This document shows positions 59,772-64,000 of a stretch of 64,000 nucleotides of DNA, one piece after another (the first letter of the stretch is position 1; every line of letters starts with the position of its first letter). Location of the stretch: positions 440,758,001 through 440,822,000 of the forward strand of contig OZ024740.1 in assembly GCA_964016885.1 (NCBI GenBank). The letters run 5' to 3'. Origin of the DNA: Eledone cirrhosa. Its lineage: Eukaryota. The translations under genes were made by a program, and so were the position numbers. A model generated the notes under the pieces. That model was not told the DNA's origin, did not search any database, and saw only the letters and a list, made by a program, of their open reading frames with translations.

Positions 59772-60230
59772 ATTTATATATATATATCATTATATATATA
59801 TATATATCTTTATATATATATATATATATATATCATTATATCATACAGAGAGAGAGAGAGGTTACAGAGAAGAGTATATATGAAAGGAGGCAAGATGTAA
59901 TATGGGAAATAGAGTGAAATAGCTGAGGGCTAAACTGGTGGCTGAGTGAGGGAAGGAATATGTTAAATTACTGGAGATTGGTGCAAGGAAGAGCAGACGA
60001 CAACAAACTATAAATTAGAAGGGGAAATAAAAAGAGAAATGATCATAAAATAAAGATCAACAGCAACGATGGATATCCTCAGAAGAACACCCTTAATAAA
60101 CAATAGCAATATATTGTATTAATAGTAATAACAATAGTGGTGATAGTAGTAGTGATAGTGGGATAGATAGATAGGTAGGTAGGTAGATGGTTGCTAGATG
60201 GATGGATAGATATAGATAGATAGATATATA

Positions 60231-60535
60231 AATTTCTTTATTAGCCACAAGGGCACAAAAGAAGGGGACAAATACAAATGAGGAGTTTACATACAGGTAT
60301 ATGGAAATAAAACTATTAATAAAATAACAAATAACAATTGATATCCCCAAGAGGGGGAGGCGTTACACAGAAGTTGTACACACCCCGAAAAACTGTACAA
60401 CCCTCAACTCCAGGAGCACCAAGAGTGTGTACTCCCTTACTCTCTTCCTCTTTTTCCTCAACCTACTGGCTTATATAGAGAGAAGGCCCAACCACTCGGG
60501 CCATTTTTTCCACATTCACCCACCTTTTATAAAAT
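60231..60535 (-). mobile_element. 3' fragment of L1/Tx1 LINE
   Basis: Same 3' end as 56721; GATA repeats on both sides. Confidence 0.75.
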
Positions 60536-60559
60536 GTGGATAGATAGATAGATAGATAT

Positions 60560-63470
60560 CTTTCTCTTTATTCGCATAGGGGCGTACACAAATGGGACAT
60601 TACAAGACGTGACGGCGGGGGTATTACATAAAAATGTTTAACATGGTAAATAACAATAAACTATATATAAATAAAACAATTGAAATCCCCATTAGGGGGT
60701 AACACTACTGCGGGGATGTTTTACACCCCGTTGATAGAACAACCCTCAACATCAGGAACACGTTTTGTAGGTGTTTCTGTCTTCCCTCTGTTTATCTTCC
60801 TCAACCTACAGGTTTATATACAGAGAAGACCCATTCACCCGGGCCATTTTCGCCGCATTCACCTACCGTTCAGCGAATTTACTGGGGTGTAGCACCTCTC
60901 TCTCTCTCCACTCTCACCTTCCTTCTGAAGTGGTACTTAAAGAAGGGGATGAGTTGTTGTCCGGAAAGAAGGGTGCTTGCTCTCAGTCCTTTTAACCTCG
61001 TCCACCATATTACCTCTTTCGCCATAGCCACCAGACAGAGGAAGAACGCCTCCCCTTCATTCTTAAATGAAAGCGGCGGGGTGATCCTCATGATGGACTC
61101 GGCTGACAACTGGATGCGTCCTACACGTGCCAGTAGCTGTTCGACATAATTCCACAGGTCGGTCACCCCTGGGCACTGAACAATTGCGTGCAGAACGGTT
61201 TCGATGTCCTGCTCGCATCTTGGACAGGTCCTTTTGGCTGGATCTCTGCCAGGGCGTCCGTGCCTGTAGATTTTGTCTTGAACTGGTAGAGCTCCTCTGT
61301 AGCACTGCCAGGCCAGAGAGCTCTGGAAGTTATCCATTGGCCCTGGACGGAAAGTCCTCCAGAACAGACTGATCAGTTCGTATTCCTCGATGCCTAGAGT
61401 TTCCCCGAGAACGTCGTCGCACTTATCCTCCACTAATCCCTATAGAATGTCGAAGTGGAGTCTCTGCTGACTGCCGTTTCCGCTTAGTAGAGGGCTGTGA
61501 GCGCCTGAAGGCACTCGAGGTACCAAGCGCCCATTTTCGGTCTTCGCTTGACCCAGGACTGCAGCTCTGTTAGTGAAACAGTTGTGGAAGAGCTCATCTC
61601 ACAACCGACAGCCACACCGGTTCGCCGGTTAGGAACACCTGGAGATGGCGTAGCCTCAGCACATGTTTGCGCATCATCAGCCACGGCATTCCCAGCCCTC
61701 CGTTAGAAGGGTGTTGACAGCAGATGGATCTCCTCACCGATAGAGCCTGTTTCTTCCAGAGGAACTTGAAGAGTAGAGGTTCCATTTTGGTGAGGTATTC
61801 GCAGGGACAAGGCACGACTGTCAAGCGGTAGTAGATCACGGACGCTATGTAAGTGTTCGCCACCTCTGCTCGACCTTTCAAGGAGAGTTTGCACTCAACC
61901 CACTTCTGGGTGAGTGCAAACACCTTCGCCGTGACCTCGTTCCAGTTCTTGTCCACCTAGAGGTCTGGACCAAACCAGACCCCGAGCAATTTCACTGGTC
62001 CTTCCATCCAGCGTGCAACGACACAGTCGGAAGGCATGGGTTTGCCTCTCTATGTGCCGAGCTGCAAACCGACGGACTTGTTTGGGTTTTCTTGCTCCTG
62101 TCAACATTTCGTATTCCTGTAATAGATTGCCGATTACGCCGATTACGCCGATGTCCGAGATTTTCGACACCATTACGGTTATGTCGTCGGCATAGGCCGA
62201 CACAGCTTTCCGCAGTCCTGGTTCGATCGGGAGGCCCTGCAACAGCTCCAACTTCCGCAGTAATGGCTTGAGAGTCAGAACATACAGAATGGAGGAGAGA
62301 GGGCACCCTTGACGGATGGAACGCATGATTTGGAATGGCTCCGATAGGTAGCCAATCACCTTGACTGCCGAGCATATGCTGATGTGCATGGCAGCGATCC
62401 AGCCTCTGAAGACGGGACCGAAGCTGGCCGCCTTGAGAACCGCTTCCAAGTATTGATGGTCGGCCCTATCAAATGCCTTAGACTGATCTAAATTGATCAG
62501 GGCCCCACCGAAGCTAGGTTTACACCCTACCCTCTCTATGATGTATCGCATGAGGTTGAGGTTGTCGAGTATGGACCTGGTCGGGATTGCACACGTTTGC
62601 GCTTCCCCTACCAGATTCTCTATAAGCGCTAACCTCGCTGTTAACACTTTGGCCAAAATCTTTAACTCTGTGTTGAGCAGAGTTATGGGCCTGAAATTGC
62701 TCATCCCTCTTGTTCTCATCTTTCCTGATCAGCGTTACTACGCCTCTGCCTACAGAACTGGGAATCCTCCCGTTCTGCAACCAGTTGCAGTAGACCGCTT
62801 CGAGGACGCCAGAGAACAAGTCTAGCATGCCTATGTAAAACTCATAGGGTAGACCATCTAAACCGGGTGATTTGCGATTCTCACACGGCCTAGGGCATCT
62901 TCTATTTCGCTCGCTGTGATCGGCCTTTCGCAGCTCTCTGCATCCGTGTTCGAGAGTCGTGGTACGCCGTCGAGGTAGCAGCTGAAGTCCATCACCTCCC
63001 TTGACGTACCGCTTTGCCCGAACAGTTGTGCAAAATGCTGCTAGAAGGCCGTACACATCTGCTTGGATTCAAGTAGAATGCGTCCATCATTGTCTTGCAA
63101 GGACCGAATTGTGGATTTGTTGCCACTTTTCGCCTCTGCCACTCGGGCCCAGCTAACAGCTTTGGCTCCCTCGTTTCTTAGAGCACATGTTCTACTTCTG
63201 ACAATACAACCTTCGTGTTTCACGTTGAAGAACTGGTCTAGTGCCGTTCTCGCCGCTAGCATGTCAGCTGTACTACCATTCCTAAGTGCCTCTTCTATTT
63301 TAGCTACCAATTCCTTTTCGGTTTTGTTTTTTTTCTAAAGCTACTTCCTTGCTAAATGCTATCGATTCTATTCTAATTGCTCTCTTGAGAGAGCTCCACC
63401 ACCTGTTGTTGACGATCGCCTCCGTCAACTGGCACTTAACTAAGGTGCTAATCAGTTTACTGTAGGCCTT
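60560..63470 (-). mobile_element. L1/Tx1-clade LINE copy C, diverged subfamily, 5'-truncated
   Basis: FRPITLLN, SAYADD, CPRC...HAIVQC in frameshifted ORFs; (GATA)n at both ends. Confidence 0.9.
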
Positions 63471-63652
63471 AGATAGATAGATAGATAGATAGATAGAAGA
63501 AGAAGAAGAAGAAGAAGAAGAAGAAGAAGAAGAAGAAGAAGAAGAAGAAGAAGAAGAAGAAGAAGAAGAAGAAGAAGAGCAATAAGAAAAGGAAAAGAAG
63601 AAGAATTTGGTGTGGGGAGGGAGGAGTTTGATAATGAAAATATAGAACATGA

Positions 63653-63725
<73 letters not shown>

Positions 63726-64000
63726 GGTGGTAGTAGTTACGACAGCGGCAACAAAATCGTATGTATGTATATATATATATGTATATATATATATATGTAT
63801 ATATATATATCTATGTATATATGTATGTATATTTAATTGACGTAATTCCTCTGATGATTGATTCGCGCCTCCCATAGCTTAACCAAAATTGATAGTTTAT
63901 GATCGATGATCAATTGATTAAATCTATTTTAACTTATGATCCTCCTCGAATCATAAAATGGCCCAAAGGAAATAGGAACTTTTTCCATCCGAAGTACGTA

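Overview
AT-rich eukaryotic repeat DNA with no recognisable host gene. The tRNA-derived SINE and the dense (TA)n/(CA)n tracts suggest an octopod genome (inference). Most short ORFs in the track are microsatellite or antisense artefacts. Real coding remnants are all retrotransposons: Penelope-like elements (PLEs; three Naiad-like, one Neptune-like GIY-YIG), one RTE LINE and several L1/Tx1-clade LINEs beside (GATA)n. The main signal is non-coding. What look like satellites (a 310-bp unit in two arrays, and a 467-bp unit) carry one type I hammerhead ribozyme per unit, so they fit non-LTR retrozymes. There are 29 + 3 ribozyme copies in these arrays and about a dozen more hammerhead or hammerhead-like motifs in short elements. 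Many of these inserts share one architecture: two divergent arms joined back-to-back, both 3' ends running into (TA)n, one arm with an extra tail. The same architecture is seen in a GIY-YIG-coding Naiad copy, which points to a PLE-mobilised ribozyme/circular-RNA system. All folds were read by eye and boundaries are approximate.
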